From Epithemia pelagica (lineage: Eukaryota > Protista > Bacillariophyta), in the NCBI GenBank assembly GCA_946965045.2, contig OX337231.1:2728001-2792000 (forward strand): a stretch of DNA of 64,000 nt, given 5' to 3'. The translations under genes and the position numbers were made by a program. The notes under the pieces were generated by a model. It did not search any database and had not been told where the DNA came from. It saw only the letters and a list, made by a program, of their open reading frames with translations. Positions 30,673 to 41,286 of the stretch are shown here, in pieces (the first letter of the stretch is position 1; the number at the start of each line of letters is the position of its first letter).

Positions 30673-33600
30673 GACTGTGTGCCCAGTGATGAAATTGATA
30701 AAACGAATCTTATCCGTCCACATTTCTCACTTGTAGGCACCCCTACCTTCAGCTTAGCCTTTGCACACCGTTTATGTGCTGCCGTATCACAGTCCTATAC
30801 CACTGATCCGATTGATCTGACATGTGAAATGGACTCGCATGCTGACACTTGTTGTGTTGGTCGCAACTTTGTGAAAATCAGGGAACCTGACCGTTACATC
30901 ACTGTTTCCCCATTCTCAGAGGAATATAAACCCCTCGAGCGTATCCCCGTCACCACGACCGCCACTGTCTGGACTGATGCCCACAACAATAGTTATCTAT
31001 TGCTGTTTCACGAGTCGTTATTCTTCGGGGACCGATTGTCCCAATCATTGATTTGTCCCAATCAGCTGCGTTCAAACGGCCTCATTGTCCATGATGTGCC
31101 GCGTCAGTTTGACCCTTACAGCACACACAGCATTCGTATTCCCGATGCTGACCTGACCATTCCTCTAGAAATGTCCGGTGTTATCTCTGGCTTCGCGACC
31201 ACGAAGCCAACCCCGGAGGAGCTCCAGTCGCTCCCACGGATAGTCATGACTGCTGATTCGGTGTGGCACCCTCATTCGTCCACCTTCGCTGCCGCGGAGG
31301 AGAAAGCCAATGCATCCAATGCATCTGCTGTCCGCCAAGTTGATCCGAATTCGATTGCCGCATCCTGTGTCCCGCGATTGGTTGCTGCCGTCCGATCATA
31401 CGACGAAACCTATGGCTATTGCATGGAACTTGAGAATGACAAGGATGAACTATGCAACCGCTTAGTTGCTGCCGTTCGAGTGTCCCATCCACCGAGTGCC
31501 GAGGACACTGTGGACATTGAGGACCTTGATCCCGACGAATACTTTCTCAAAGCCGTTAAGTCTGCTTCGTCACGACCAACGAAAGCCGTAAAAGTCTTGC
31601 AATCTTCTTCTAAGACTGTACTTGATCCCCAGACCTTGTCTTCTCGATGGAATGTCGGCCTTACTAAGGCCAAGAAGACTTTACAAGTGACAACCCAGGC
31701 TGGGGTCCGAAATGTCCTTGTCCCATCCAAACGCAAGGTCCGAAAGAAAGCTCCATGGCTCAAATTCCCGAATGTCAAGGGACGATGGTTTTGCGACGAG
31801 ATGTTCTCCAAGTGCCCATCGCTTGATCTTCACACGGGTGCTTCCGTATTTACTGATGGAAAGGGCTATGATTTTGTCTATCCCTGGAAATCAAAGAAGC
31901 AACACCCTGAAGGTCTGATGTCCCTTATCCAGAATGTCGGAATTCCTCAGACGTTAATTTCTGATGGTGCGCAAGAGCTATTTCATGGACGTTCTCGTGA
32001 GATCTGTAATGAGTACCGTATCAAACAAGAAGTGACCGTCCCATACAGTCAATGGCAGAATGCCGCCGAAGCGAGCATCCGTGAGTTGAAGAAAGGTGTT
32101 ATTAGGAAGTTATGTCAAACTGGTGCACCACGACGCACATGGTCCTATGCGCTGAAGTGGGTTGCCTCTGTCCGCCAGTTAACTGCCTCTGATATCCCTG
32201 AACTTAATGGACGAACGCCATTTGAACACGTTCTTGGATCGACACCCGACATCTCTCCCATGGCTTTGTTTGATTTCTATCAACCTGTATACTATTATAC
32301 GCCGTCGCATGACTTCCCTCATGAGCGTAAATGTATTGGGCGCTGGCTTGGTCTTGCCGATGACTGTATTGATGACATGGCCTTCAACGTCTTGACAGAG
32401 AAAGGTCGAGTTATTGTCCGAAAAGATGTGTGGGCAATCCCTGACGACGATATGAAAAATCCCACAATCCGTCAACAACTGGAAGTCTATGATGGTCTTA
32501 TCAAGACTCTCCTCGTGGATACATCGCCGTCTTCCGATGAAGATGCCGCCAACGTTTCCCCTGATCCACCCGATGATTTCTTTGGAGAAGACGAAAGCGA
32601 ATCTCTCTTTCCTGCTGCTCTTGACTCCGATACACCTCTCCCTGATGCTGACAACTACACTCCGGAGGAGTTAGACAAATATCTCACAGCCGAAGTCATG
32701 CTGCCGCATGGCGGGGACCAGGCCAGAGCCAAGATCATAGGCCGCTCCAAAGATGAACATGGCCGACCAATTGGCAAACGTGATCCAAATCCAATCTTAG
32801 ACACACGTTTCTATGACGTGCTGTATCCCGATGGATCGACCGAATCTCTTGCTGCCAATCTCATTGCCGAGAACCTTTACTCTCAAGTCGACACTGAGGG
32901 CAACTCCTATGCCATTGTAAAGGATATCATTGGACATCGCAAAACCAAGGACGCTGTCCTCCGAACGGATCCGGACTGGTTGAATGGCCGTAAACGCCAT
33001 ACAACCGTTGGTTGGGAACATGAGTGTGAACTCTCCGATGGTTCTACTGTTTGGATCCCTCTCAAAGATCTCAAAAACGATTCGCCTGTACAACTAGCCG
33101 AATATGCTGTTGCGGCGGGGCTTGCCAAAGAACCGGCCTATGCCTGGTGGGTTCCACATACGTTACGCAAACGTGGTGTGATTCTTGCGAAAGTAAAATC
33201 TCGCTATTGGAAACGTACCCACAAATATGGTATTGAACTGCCCAAAACCGTTCAAGAAGCTCTTGAGATTGATCGTCGAACGGGGACTGATTTCTGGCGG
33301 AAAGCCATCGAAAAGGAGATGAAAAATGTTCGCATTGCCTTTGAATTCCGTGATGATGACAAAGTACCAATTGGATACAAACATATCCCATGTCATATGG
33401 TCTTTGATATCAAGTCTGATCTTCGCCGTAAAGCCCGACTGGTTGCCGGCGGGCATAAGACTGATCCACCGAAGGAATCCACGTACTCCAGTGTTGTATC
33501 CCGTGATAGCGTACGAATTGCATTCACTATCGCTGCCCTTAATGGCCTGGACGTGTTGGCCGGGGACGTACAAAATGCATACCTCAATGCACCAACAAAA

Positions 33601-34929
33601 GAGCGAACTTATATTACGGCGGGACTAGAATTTGGTCCCGAAAACGTTGGCCGACCTGCACTGATTGTTCGTGCTCTGTATGGTTTGAAGAGTTCTGCTG
33701 CTCGTTGGCGTGATCACATTGCCGCAACACTTCGTCAAATGAAGTTCAAAAGTTGCTTGGCTGACCCTGATGTCTGGCTTCGACCTCAAGTCCGACCATC
33801 TGATGGGTTCCAATACTATGAGTATGTACTTGTCTACATAGACGACATACTCTGTGTCAGTCATGATTCGCGATCGATCATGAATGATCTGGAAAAACGG
33901 TATACAATCAAACCCGAGAGTATTAAAGACCCAGACGAATACTTGGGATCTGAGATTCGACACTATACCATACCAGATACTGACGATCCTGAGAACAAAC
34001 CCCGATGGGCCATGTCCTCCGACAAATATGTTAAACGTGCCATATCTGAAATTGAGACCGAACTGTCTAAAGTCGGCCAAAAGCTACAGACACGAGTCTC
34101 AACTCCACTTGCCACTGGGTATCGTCCTGAGGTCAACTCATCTCCTGAACTGGACCCCCGACGTGCAAATTACTATCAGGGACTAATTGGTATCCTTCGT
34201 TGGGTTGTGGAACTTGGTCGTATCGATATCATTGTTGCCGTATCACAACTATCCCGATATCTAGCCATGCCACGTGAAGGACACCTCGAACAGGCCTTGC
34301 ACATTTTTGCATACCTAAAAGCGCATGGACGTTCCACCCTAGTGATCGACGACACAACTCCGACCTTCGACGAGGATGGTTTCTTCCAGGCAGACTGGTC
34401 TGAATACTACCCTGATGCTAGTGACCCTTTGCCGCCCAATATGCCACCACCTCGTGGACAGGCTGTTACCACAACTTGTTTTGTTGATGCCGATCACGCT
34501 GGTTGTCTTGCTACGCGTCGCTCACAAACTGGTATTCTTATGTTCTTACAACGAGCACCTATCTTGTGGTATTCCAAACGACAGAGTACTGTTGAGACAT
34601 CAACATTTGGCTCCGAATTTGTCGCAATGAAGACTGCCATCGAACAGATAGAGGGTTTCCGTTACAAGTTGAGAATGATGGGCATTCCACTTGATGGCGA
34701 AACCAATGTGTTCTGTGATAATGAATCTGTGTTCAAGAGTGCAACCATGCCTGAAGTCACTCTGAAGAAGAAACACAATGCGATTGCTTACCATCGCACA
34801 CGTGAGGCACAAGCCGCCAACATCGTGCGTATCGCCTGGGAAGAAGGTGAAACCAATCTTGCGGACCTGCTGACAAAATCGTTACCAGGACCCCGATTGC
34901 GTTTTCTAGCACAACGTGTTTTGTGGTGA
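30673..34929 (+). CDS. pol: Copia Pol (protease, integrase, chromo-like insert, reverse transcriptase, RNase H), in frame with gag
   Basis: Protease DSHADT; integrase WFCDE, ISDGAQE and QNAAEASIRE; RT KARLVAGGH, DVQNAYL, ALYGLKSS and YIDDIL; RNase H FVDADHAG, EFVAM, CDNESV and NLADLLTK. The 1416-aa ORF is uninterrupted. Confidence 0.97.
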   Translation, partial: DCVPSDEIDKTNLIRPHFSLVGTPTFSLAFAHRLCAAVSQSYTTDPIDLTCEMDSHADTCCVGRNFVKIREPDRYITVSPFSEEYKPLERIPVTTTATVWTDAHNNSYLLLFHESLFFGDRLSQSLICPNQLRSNGLIVHDVPRQFDPYSTHSIRIPDADLTIPLEMSGVISGFATTKPTPEELQSLPRIVMTADSVWHPHSSTFAAAEEKANASNASAVRQVDPNSIAASCVPRLVAAVRSYDETYGYCMELENDKDELCNRLVAAVRVSHPPSAEDTVDIEDLDPDEYFLKAVKSASSRPTKAVKVLQSSSKTVLDPQTLSSRWNVGLTKAKKTLQVTTQAGVRNVLVPSKRKVRKKAPWLKFPNVKGRWFCDEMFSKCPSLDLHTGASVFTDGKGYDFVYPWKSKKQHPEGLMSLIQNVGIPQTLISDGAQELFHGRSREICNEYRIKQEVTVPYSQWQNAAEASIRELKKGVIRKLCQTGAPRRTWSYALKWVASVRQLTASDIPELNGRTPFEHVLGSTPDISPMALFDFYQPVYYYTPSHDFPHERKCIGRWLGLADDCIDDMAFNVLTEKGRVIVRKDVWAIPDDDMKNPTIRQQLEVYDGLIKTLLVDTSPSSDEDAANVSPDPPDDFFGEDESESLFPAALDSDTPLPDADNYTPEELDKYLTAEVMLPHGGDQARAKIIGRSKDEHGRPIGKRDPNPILDTRFYDVLYPDGSTESLAANLIAENLYSQVDTEGNSYAIVKDIIGHRKTKDAVLRTDPDWLNGRKRHTTVGWEHECELSDGSTVWIPLKDLKNDSPVQLAEYAVAAGLAKEPAYAWWVPHTLRKRGVILAKVKSRYWKRTHKYGIELPKTVQEALEIDRRTGTDFWRKAIEKEMKNVRIAFEFRDDDKVPIGYKHIPCHMVFDIKSDLRRKARLVAGGHKTDPPKESTYSSVVSRDSVRIAFTIAALNGLDVLAGDVQNAYLNAPTKERTYITAGLEFGPENVGRPALIVRALYGLKSSAARWRDHIAATLRQMKFKSCLADPDVWLRPQVRPSDGFQYYEYVLVYIDDILCVSHDSRSIMNDLEKRYTIKPESIKDPDEYLGSEIRHYTIPDTDDPENKPRWAMSSDKYVKRAISEIETELSKVGQKLQTRVSTPLATGYRPEVNSSPELDPRRANYYQGLIGILRWVVELGRIDIIVAVSQLSRYLAMPREGHLEQALHIFAYLKAHGRSTLVIDDTTPTFDEDGFFQADWSEYYPDASDPLPPNMPPPRGQAVTTTCFVDADHAGCLATRRSQTGILMFLQRAPILWYSKRQSTVETSTFGSEFVAMKTAIEQIEGFRYKLRMMGIPLDGETNVFCDNESVFKSATMPEVTLKKKHNAIAYHRTREAQAANIVRIAWEEGETNLADLLTKSLPGPRLRFLAQRVLW

Positions 34930-35083
34930 TGACATGATCGAATTCATTGTCCTCACACCCCCTCTTTTATTGTCCGAATAGACACCCCTCTTAATTGAGA
35001 AAAAATAGTCCTGATGGACCGGCCTCTGCTGAAAAAGTCGTGGGCGACCTAGTCGAAATGCTTCCGATCTAGCTCGCGGGGAC

Positions 35084-35257
35084 TGAATAAATCCCGCCAA
35101 CAGGTCGCATATTGGCGGATACATGGTCGCATATTGGCGAATATGCATCGCCTACATATGCTGCTACGCATCTAGTTTTCTAGTCATAATTTTGGTCTAG
35201 CCACTTGTTGCACGCCGTATACACCGTGTTGTAGCGTGTAGTGGCAAGATTTATACA
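35084..35257 (+). repeat. 3' LTR (174 bp), preceded by a short purine tract
   Basis: Identical to the 5' LTR except G35214 versus A28357; GCGGGGGAC lies immediately upstream. Confidence 0.97.
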
Positions 35258-36750
35258 GTGAAGCCGCTTGCGCTCATGCAAGTGAAACAGGAACTGTGAG
35301 CCGTGAGACTTGACGAAAGAAATCTACAAGCCCATTTTGTACTCTATAGTCTATATTGTTTCAGAAGCAAGTACTCTTTACGCAGTAGTGGATCAAGCTT
35401 CACGGAATCATCACACACACACACCAAACCATGAAATACACACACACAGTGCAATGCACCTCTAGGAGTATGAACACAAGCTCCTGGCACTTTGTCTATG
35501 GGAAATATAAAAGTATAGTCCACTACTAGTTTAGGCTTCCTGCTTCCTGGGCTTATATACCCCATGATGACGCTGTCAAACCTTGGCTTCATCATTGCGC
35601 AGTGGTTGATTGTTCATTGCAGTGGTTGATTGTCATGTTTCATGTTGTCATCCTTCCTTTGATACATTCCGCCTTCACTTGTGATCTAGGTGGATGGTTT
35701 TGACCACAAAGTTGTCACTGTGGTCGTTCGTACGGCTGGATGGTTTTCTTTTGGTTTTTGGTGTGCTCATGGTCGTCTTTTGTGGTGTTGCTCGAAAAGT
35801 GAGACGATTCCTGGCCCAATACAAGGCGTGACCGGCGCGTCGATTTCGAACGATCGAAGGGAGGCTGGCGATATCACCCGGCTGGCGCTTTGGGAAAAAA
35901 TACGGGATAATTTTTTTCCTTTCGGATGACGGACGAACAAAGGTACCCCCCCAATCCCCAATCGCACCCATTGTCCGTATGCTCGCTTCTGATTTCTGAT
36001 GGACTTCGCTGAATAATCAAGTGCATATCTATCGTAGCTATTTCTCTATATCCGTAGCTCCACTCTAGCTTTGGCTTGGCGGCTTCGAAGAGTGGTTGTT
36101 GGGAAATGTTCCTACTATTGTAGACCTAACATCATGGAGGATTCACACTTGATCGCCTTGAGGTGAGGGTCTCTCCGTTGGCCGTTGGAGCTATAGGGTC
36201 GACCATTACCAGGCTCAGGGACAAAAATTGACACCATGATGATGATGTAGGAGGACAAGATAGAGAACGACGTTGCAGTGGCTAAACTACTATAATTCCA
36301 ACAAGTATTTGCTGTTCATAGGAACACAAAGACATCGTTAGTTGCTCCAGCAGATTTTTCATTTTATCAACGTTTGCCTACCTGGTTAGTTCAATTACGT
36401 AGTTTCGTTTTCATACTCTGCTCCAACCTGGTGCCGTTGTAAGCTTTCGAATGAATCGGCATACAAACAGACATGTTGTTTGCTGCATATCCACGGTATT
36501 CCTCGTCCCGGAACAGCAATACCAATATCTTCTGTTGCATAGAACAGAGAATCCGTTGCTTCGCGGACCCCAACAAGATGAACTGAAGGACGAGCAATGG
36601 GACAATTCTTTGATAACAGATGGCAATCTGCAAAATAAACATTATCTTGCTGGTCATTAAAGGATCAAATTGTGTAGTCCCGATTCCCGATGCCCCTCGT
36701 TCAACGGCATCATCGAAAGTGGACGAATATGAAGATGATTAGTTCACGGA

Positions 36751-37668
36751 TCACGACGATTTTTCTGATTTTGTGGAGCCATTTGAGTGGAACGATGCCA
36801 TTGCTTCTGCAGCTTTTGCCAGTGCTGCTGCAGCAGCCGCCAATTGTTGCCCACTTTGATCGGATGGCGAATCAGGCCTCTGAACTCCCTCCAAAGTGGT
36901 AATAGTATTTTCGGACGCCTTTAGTGATGCAAGATTAGACTCCGAGGGTGAATTTTCTGAGGAACCCACTGCATTTATTGATGGAGCAGGATTAATCAGC
37001 TTGTCCTCTCCGGTCTTCAAAGATTTACCTGATTTTTGTGTTGCCCTTGGCTTGGAGGAGTCTGTTTTGGGTGTCACCTTTCGATCTCTTTTACTGGTTC
37101 TGCCAGCAACTTCTTTGACAGAATTTTTCGGCGCGACAGACGGCACAGATTCATCAGCATTCTCAACACTCTTCGTGTCAGGAAGTGTTGAAGATTCACC
37201 GTGTTGTTTCGACTCGTATGCTCTGATCTGCTTCATTGCCGCTTCGTACTTTGCTTTCCACTCCGCAACCTCGCTCTCCAATTCAGCGATCCGGTTTCGA
37301 ATTCTCTGTCGAGACGCCGCAGCGGATTCACGGTTGCGTACCCGACGAGCTTCTCGGCGCCATGCTGCTAACTGTTCCTTGTTCATAGGTACATCAGGGT
37401 CGTACCTGATCTGCGCACGCTTATTCTTGTCGTTATTTTCAAAAGAACCATTTGAACTGTTAGATCCCTTGCGTTTCCTGCCTTTCTTGTTCGACTCTAT
37501 GGCACTTTTATCGTCCTCTCCAGTTACAGAATTACTATCCGAGACGTCACTCGCGACGTTGCTAATGTTTTGCTGCTCAGATTCTTTGCGCTGAGATTCA
37601 ATAATTGCTTTGCGCCGTTTCCGTGCCTCAGATGCCGCTGGCGTTGTTGATTGTGAACCCTCACCCAT
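36751..37668 (-). CDS. bZIP transcription factor (copy A); 3' end uncertain
   Basis: RYDPDVPMNKEQLAAWRREARRVRNRESAAASRQRIRNRIAELESEV basic region plus zipper. Confidence 0.9.
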   Translation of the reverse strand: MGEGSQSTTPAASEARKRRKAIIESQRKESEQQNISNVASDVSDSNSVTGEDDKSAIESNKKGRKRKGSNSSNGSFENNDKNKRAQIRYDPDVPMNKEQLAAWRREARRVRNRESAAASRQRIRNRIAELESEVAEWKAKYEAAMKQIRAYESKQHGESSTLPDTKSVENADESVPSVAPKNSVKEVAGRTSKRDRKVTPKTDSSKPRATQKSGKSLKTGEDKLINPAPSINAVGSSENSPSESNLASLKASENTITTLEGVQRPDSPSDQSGQQLAAAAAALAKAAEAMASFHSNGSTKSEKSS

Positions 37669-38301
37669 CTTCCGCCGTCCTCAGATCTCCGTTTGGGAAA
37701 GATGTAGCGTCTATTGAGATGATCAAGTGTGAAAAGAGAGACCTTCTCTTCTTCTGCATGCGAAGCGAAACAAACGTTGTTCTCTGCGCATGTTGTTGTG
37801 TCTCTCGTTGTCTTTGTCCTTTCCGTCTTAACACTTAACCCTTGTGTAGTCCAGGAGGGGCCCGCGCGCGTTCGCCCTTCTAGAATGCGCGCGCGGGCTC
37901 GAACCTCGCCAGCAGGACGCGAAACACGGATACCACGCAAAATCGCCACGTGACAAAAAATCCAATCGTTTACGTCGTTGACCCGACCAATACGGGCAAT
38001 AATGAAATTGATTCCTGAACTCTTGCAAGAAGTTTAACCAGACGTGGCACTGACGGTCACATATAAGTCTCACCAAGCCAAAGTGAAACGATGAAGAGCA
38101 CGATTGATCGTCTTGATGCCCATTTCAATACTATCGATATTGGGCTCATTTCCCACAAGCGAACGATCATAGAAGACGTACAATCGTTGATGTTCTGACA
38201 TGTTCGCCAAACGTGATTTGTTGATGGCGCCAGCCACCAGCCACCCAACGCATACTCATTCACCCATAACTTGGATAACGAGAGACATTTGACGCAACAA
38301 A

Positions 38302-38949
38302 ATGACCATGGTGGAGGAAAACCCGGCCCTAGCACGCAAACGACGCATAGAACAGAGACGCGCTGGTCAACGACCAAGCGACATCGAAGTGTCAGATGGA
38401 TCCGAAGGGAAAAGAGCCCGGGTGGATCAGGTGGACGAAGATGACATCTCTTCGGAGTCGGACGATGTTAGCAGTCGTGCTGTCCCTTCAATTCGAGGGA
38501 TCAAGCGTCAAGCTCGCTATGAGCCGGGTGTTCCCATGACCAAGGAAGAACTTCAGAAATGGAGAAAGCAAGCCCGTCGTGTACGAAACCGTGAGTCTGC
38601 GGCGGCCTCAAGACTGAAGACTCGCGAACGCATCACTGAATTGGAATCCGAGGTATCGGACCTGCAGCTCGAACTGGCTAAAGCAAGGGCTCGAATCGCT
38701 GAACTGGAATCAGGATCTCAACCCACTTCTTCGTCTCTTCTCACTCCCAAAGTAGAAACTGATGAGAGACCACTATCTCCCACGGTGTCCAGCCCTGTTA
38801 CAGCTCCACAAGTGTCTCCAGTTCCGTCTCCAACGGCCTCTCCAATGTCATCACCGAAGTCCCTTTTGCAGCATGAAAGCTTTTCGTTAGATTCCTCTGC
38901 ACCCTCCGTTCCCCTACCATCTATGATATCTCGACCAACAGCAGATTGA
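38302..38949 (+). CDS. bZIP transcription factor (copy B); possible extra exon at 39011-39198
   Basis: RYEPGVPMTKEELQKWRKQARRVRNRESAAASRLKTRERITELESEV. Confidence 0.9.
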   Translation: MTMVEENPALARKRRIEQRRAGQRPSDIEVSDGSEGKRARVDQVDEDDISSESDDVSSRAVPSIRGIKRQARYEPGVPMTKEELQKWRKQARRVRNRESAAASRLKTRERITELESEVSDLQLELAKARARIAELESGSQPTSSSLLTPKVETDERPLSPTVSSPVTAPQVSPVPSPTASPMSSPKSLLQHESFSLDSSAPSVPLPSMISRPTAD

Positions 38950-39631
38950 GTCAAGAGTCAATTCAACGCATAGATCAACCCTTGATCTTGCACCCTAATC
39001 TCTCTTCCAGCCGCGAAGATTCATACCGTGGGAGGAACGGAAACGTGCATGGAATCAAGCGACGAGTCTTCTTCCGACAAGAGCGGACAAGACAGTGATG
39101 ATTGTGAAGCCAATGATGCGGAACTTGGAAACTTCTTGTGGGACGCCTTTACGGACTATGATCCTCTTCTATCGGACCTTGCAGACCTTTGTGCATGACC
39201 ATCCTCGTGATATATCACTTTCCATGCCTCTAAGTCATGTGAGAATTGCCCCTTTTAATCCATTGCATGTCCTCCAGCTCCAGTCGCAGTAACCAAGTCG
39301 ATTAATTATATGATAATTAAGTTTCATGATTTGATTTTGAACAGGAAGTCAATCTTATCCTCTCCATTATGCACATCAAGCTAGTTTTGCTATGCGGCTC
39401 ATCAGCACATTGACGGATATTCCAATTTGCATGTGTCCATCAGGCGCCTTCAACGAATGAGATGAAGAATTAACCCAAGAAACTCTTGGGTCAAGTGCCT
39501 CTGAACTTCTTCCTTAAACCAGAGTACAGACCACACCATTGGTTGGCATGCCATCTTATCGCGGTTAAAGTTCATAAGCTTCGTGGAATTGGAGTAGTTG
39601 GACTCAACGATAGACGTAACACAAAATCTCG

Positions 39632-40093
39632 TTAGCCTTGACTATAGCGGTCATTGATCACTGCAATACCAAGTCCTTGAATGTCGGGAACTTGGAAGGA
39701 TTCTTCTGTTTCACCGTGGGGAACTTTGGTTTGCTTTCCATCGGTAGACGACGTAAGAGTAGACGGCCAGTCCATTGTGTGGGGATTGGTCGCCTTGGCC
39801 ACCGAAGCAGAGTTGAGAAGAAAGTAAACCACAGGCGCCGTCCAAAATAAGATCACCAAGGCAGCAGGAACAATGATGGACCACTTTTGCACAAAGTAAC
39901 AAATCTGTCTTGATTGTATTGGAGCTAGAAATAAGGCTTGTGGGTCGTCACCGGCATTCGTGAGACCGTCGTCCCCTTGGAGGGAGAAGCAGCCAACATA
40001 GATGCATCCGAATGCAACCAAAACCAAATGCGTCACGAAGCCGCATTCTTCAAGCGGCCGATGTGCTCGTTCTGCTGCAGTTTTCGTTGACAT
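39632..40093 (-). CDS. PIG-P-like subunit of GPI-GlcNAc transferase
   Basis: Small two-TM protein with ECGFVTHLVL..., KWSIIVPAAL and C-terminal VPDIQGLGIAVIN, matching the PIG-P layout. Confidence 0.55.
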   Translation of the reverse strand: MSTKTAAERAHRPLEECGFVTHLVLVAFGCIYVGCFSLQGDDGLTNAGDDPQALFLAPIQSRQICYFVQKWSIIVPAALVILFWTAPVVYFLLNSASVAKATNPHTMDWPSTLTSSTDGKQTKVPHGETEESFQVPDIQGLGIAVINDRYSQG

Positions 40094-40245
40094 GAGTGAA
40101 ACGGTGGAAACGAAAGGTCTGACCAAGAGTCATTGGCCATCCCATACCCATTGTCGTCCCCCTATGGCAACGAGGCGAGAGTCACGAAAACTAAAGGCGA
40201 CCGGATTGGTTGAGTAGATATATGAGGACTATGGCTATTTCTCTT

Positions 40246-41286
40246 TCAAGAGGGTGCGTTTGGTGAAATCTCTAGTCGATTGCGAAGAAAGTCAGACTGC
40301 ACAATATACTTTAGAAGTTCAACCGAAAGGACAGCCTCTCGTTCCACTTCTTTTTGCAATAGTTTCCTCAACAACGACGACGACCTGTTGTCGCTGTCTC
40401 CCACCAGGTGACAAATGGGATCATGGATATAGGGACATGAGGATCCTCGCCGACAACGACCATGCCGAGCGAAAGCTCTGCACATTCCTCGTTTCCCAGG
40501 AGAGGGCGGCGTCTCAGATGAGGGGGGATTGACAGATTTTGTTGGTCCGTCCTCCGACGCAGCCACTGGCAGGTTCTCCGTTTGCTCGTCTGCTGATTTC
40601 GTCTGAGTAACTTTATCGTTTGGCAAGTCGCTGTCTGACGACCCATAGCCTTCCAGCAGGGAAGAAATCGCACTTTCTTTGGTTTGCGTATTTTCTGGAG
40701 TCCTGGTCGCTGCATCACTGCTTGGACGCTTCATTCGAGGGAACTTTTTCTTCCGTTCTGCAATCCATTGTTGAATATCTTCTGGTCGATTCCCAACACA
40801 AATTCGAAAGCTCTGCACAGGACATCCTGGGATGGAAACTGTCACTGTTTTAAAGCCACTACCAGAAAATTTTCCGTGAACGGACTGATAATGTCCTTTG
40901 ACAATTTTAGGTGCTGCGCAGAAACCACAGATCGTGCAGCTTGTGTGACTGGCACGGTGAGCGTCGTAAGCAGATTTCGACTCCAGGTACAAGTCGCATG
41001 GCTCACAATGAAATTGCTGGAGAGGACGCTTTCGAGAAGTGGAATCTGGATGTGAACGTTGCGTCGCATGGTTCATTTCAGGGAACAACTTCTGTTGACC
41101 AAGCGGACGAGAAGCATCTGCAGACTGACTTTTCCACCAAGGACCATCTCCGTGGGAGGAGGATTCACTTCTGCTCATTCTCAATCGCTTCGAGTTGCTG
41201 TAATCATAATGATAGGTGGGTTGCTCACTTGCAGTTCCAGGTACTGGTGGAGGCGGTGGAGCGTTGTTCATGTTCTTGATCGGCAA
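40246..41286 (-). CDS. NUFIP1: NUFIP1/Rsa1-like snoRNP assembly factor with C2H2 and CCCH zinc fingers
   Basis: CEPC...H...H, CTIC...H, PEDIQQWIAERKKKFPR and CRAFARHGRCRRGSSCPYIH. Confidence 0.75.
   Translation of the reverse strand: MPIKNMNNAPPPPPVPGTASEQPTYHYDYSNSKRLRMSRSESSSHGDGPWWKSQSADASRPLGQQKLFPEMNHATQRSHPDSTSRKRPLQQFHCEPCDLYLESKSAYDAHRASHTSCTICGFCAAPKIVKGHYQSVHGKFSGSGFKTVTVSIPGCPVQSFRICVGNRPEDIQQWIAERKKKFPRMKRPSSDAATRTPENTQTKESAISSLLEGYGSSDSDLPNDKVTQTKSADEQTENLPVAASEDGPTKSVNPPSSETPPSPGKRGMCRAFARHGRCRRGSSCPYIHDPICHLVGDSDNRSSSLLRKLLQKEVEREAVLSVELLKYIVQSDFLRNRLEISPNAPS

Larger units (their letters stand above)
28227..35257 (+). mobile_element. Full-length Ty1/copia LTR retrotransposon (CoDi-like), recently inserted
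   Basis: Two 174-bp TG...CA LTRs with one mismatch; GTGA duplicated at 28223-28226 and 35258-35261; gag plus pol in PR-IN-RT-RH order; purine tract before the 3' LTR. Confidence 0.97.

Noticed and set aside
35599-35633. GCAGTGGTTGATTGT duplication and nearby CA runs
   Set aside because: Short local slippage repeats with no further structure.
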